Origin: Candidatus Woesearchaeota archaeon
Lineage (GTDB): Archaea > Nanobdellota > Nanobdellia > Woesearchaeales > GCA-2687795
Direction of reading: 5' to 3'
Assembly: GCA_030753365.1 (NCBI GenBank)
Contig: JASMCJ010000008.1
Span: 928-64,927, forward strand
DNA length: 64,000 bases
The notes beneath the pieces were generated by a model. That model did no database searches. It was not told the DNA's origin and saw only the letters and a list, made by a program, of their open reading frames with translations. Position numbers and translations under genes: made by a program. This document shows, one piece after another, positions 63,716 to 64,000 of the stretch (within the stretch, counting starts at the first letter, position 1; every line of letters starts with the position of its first letter).

Positions 63716-64000
63716 TCAATAGGTATCTGATCTTTCATAGTTTAGAGTTACTTCTCTTTGTCCATCAGACCCTTCAATTATTGTTAAAACGGGTTTGCCA
63801 GTGATAACAGCCGGTGATTCCATTCCTATCACAACCTCCGCTAATGAATCAGGATTGACATGAACTCCTATATTTTCTCTCAGTCTGAGGTATTCACTCT
63901 TTTGACCTTCAGATTCCATTGCGGCAGGGATTTGGTCCTCTAATGGAATAGGAACTAGGACTATTTGATTTAATCCTCTTTCTGGATCACCTACTGTGCT
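63716..64000 (-). CDS. 3' end of a gene that continues beyond the window (product unknown)
   Basis: The minus-strand frame stays open from 63716 to the window edge. The 63919 Met is likely internal. Confidence 0.3.
   Translation of the reverse strand, partial: STVGDPERGLNQIVLVPIPLEDQIPAAMESEGQKSEYLRLRENIGVHVNPDSLAEVVIGMESPAVITGKPVLTIIEGSDGQREVTLNYERSDTY

Noticed and set aside
1-64000. tRNA, rRNA and CRISPR arrays
   Set aside because: By eye there is no T-loop consensus (GTTCRANYC) with a flanking acceptor-stem complement in any intergenic region. There is no rRNA-like conserved block and there are no regularly spaced direct repeats. A tRNAscan or Infernal run is needed to be definitive.

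Overview
AT-rich 64 kb window whose hallmark genes are archaeal and mostly single-copy: ABCE1, RadA, GatB and GatD, ribosomal protein S6e, archaeal-type Ogg glycosylase, HisRS, Lhr-like helicase and a KaiC-like ATPase. Several genes sit behind strong GGAGG Shine-Dalgarno sites. The window probably comes from a small-genome (possibly DPANN-like) archaeon; that assignment is inference only.

Gene content by theme:
- Ion-homeostasis cluster: two CaCA exchangers and MscS.
- A tightly coupled five-gene operon built around a MinD/ParA-type ATPase with two large transmembrane coiled-coil proteins and a small wHTH protein.
- HD and DHH phosphoesterases divergent from a Fic protein, with a palindromic operator candidate between them.
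- An anaerobic oxidative-stress island (rubrerythrin, desulfoferrodoxin, thioredoxin reductase, glutaredoxin, peroxiredoxin, cupin, MerT-like CC membrane protein) next to Ogg.
- A secreted Memo-AMMECR1 fusion.
- An ~11 kb metal and extracytoplasmic thiol-disulfide island: CopA, a membrane sensor-regulator, His-rich secreted proteins, a triple thioredoxin-fold protein, a MerT-HMA fusion, DsbB/BdbC and CcdA.
- Scattered housekeeping and miscellaneous genes: a long ThyA-family protein, a B12-binding radical SAM enzyme, PfkB kinase, stomatin and others.

The most unusual non-coding content is a family of structured repeats. Two near-identical ~140 nt copies of a multi-hairpin element occur, plus two diverged relatives that preserve the hairpins by compensatory changes. 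A second family of ~40 nt hairpin modules (aTAAAAATCCCAAyC-stem-CAAG-stem-GGGGTATTTTT) also occurs, including a 99 nt unit present twice at 100% identity about 21 kb apart. No CRISPR array, rRNA or convincing tRNA was found by eye.
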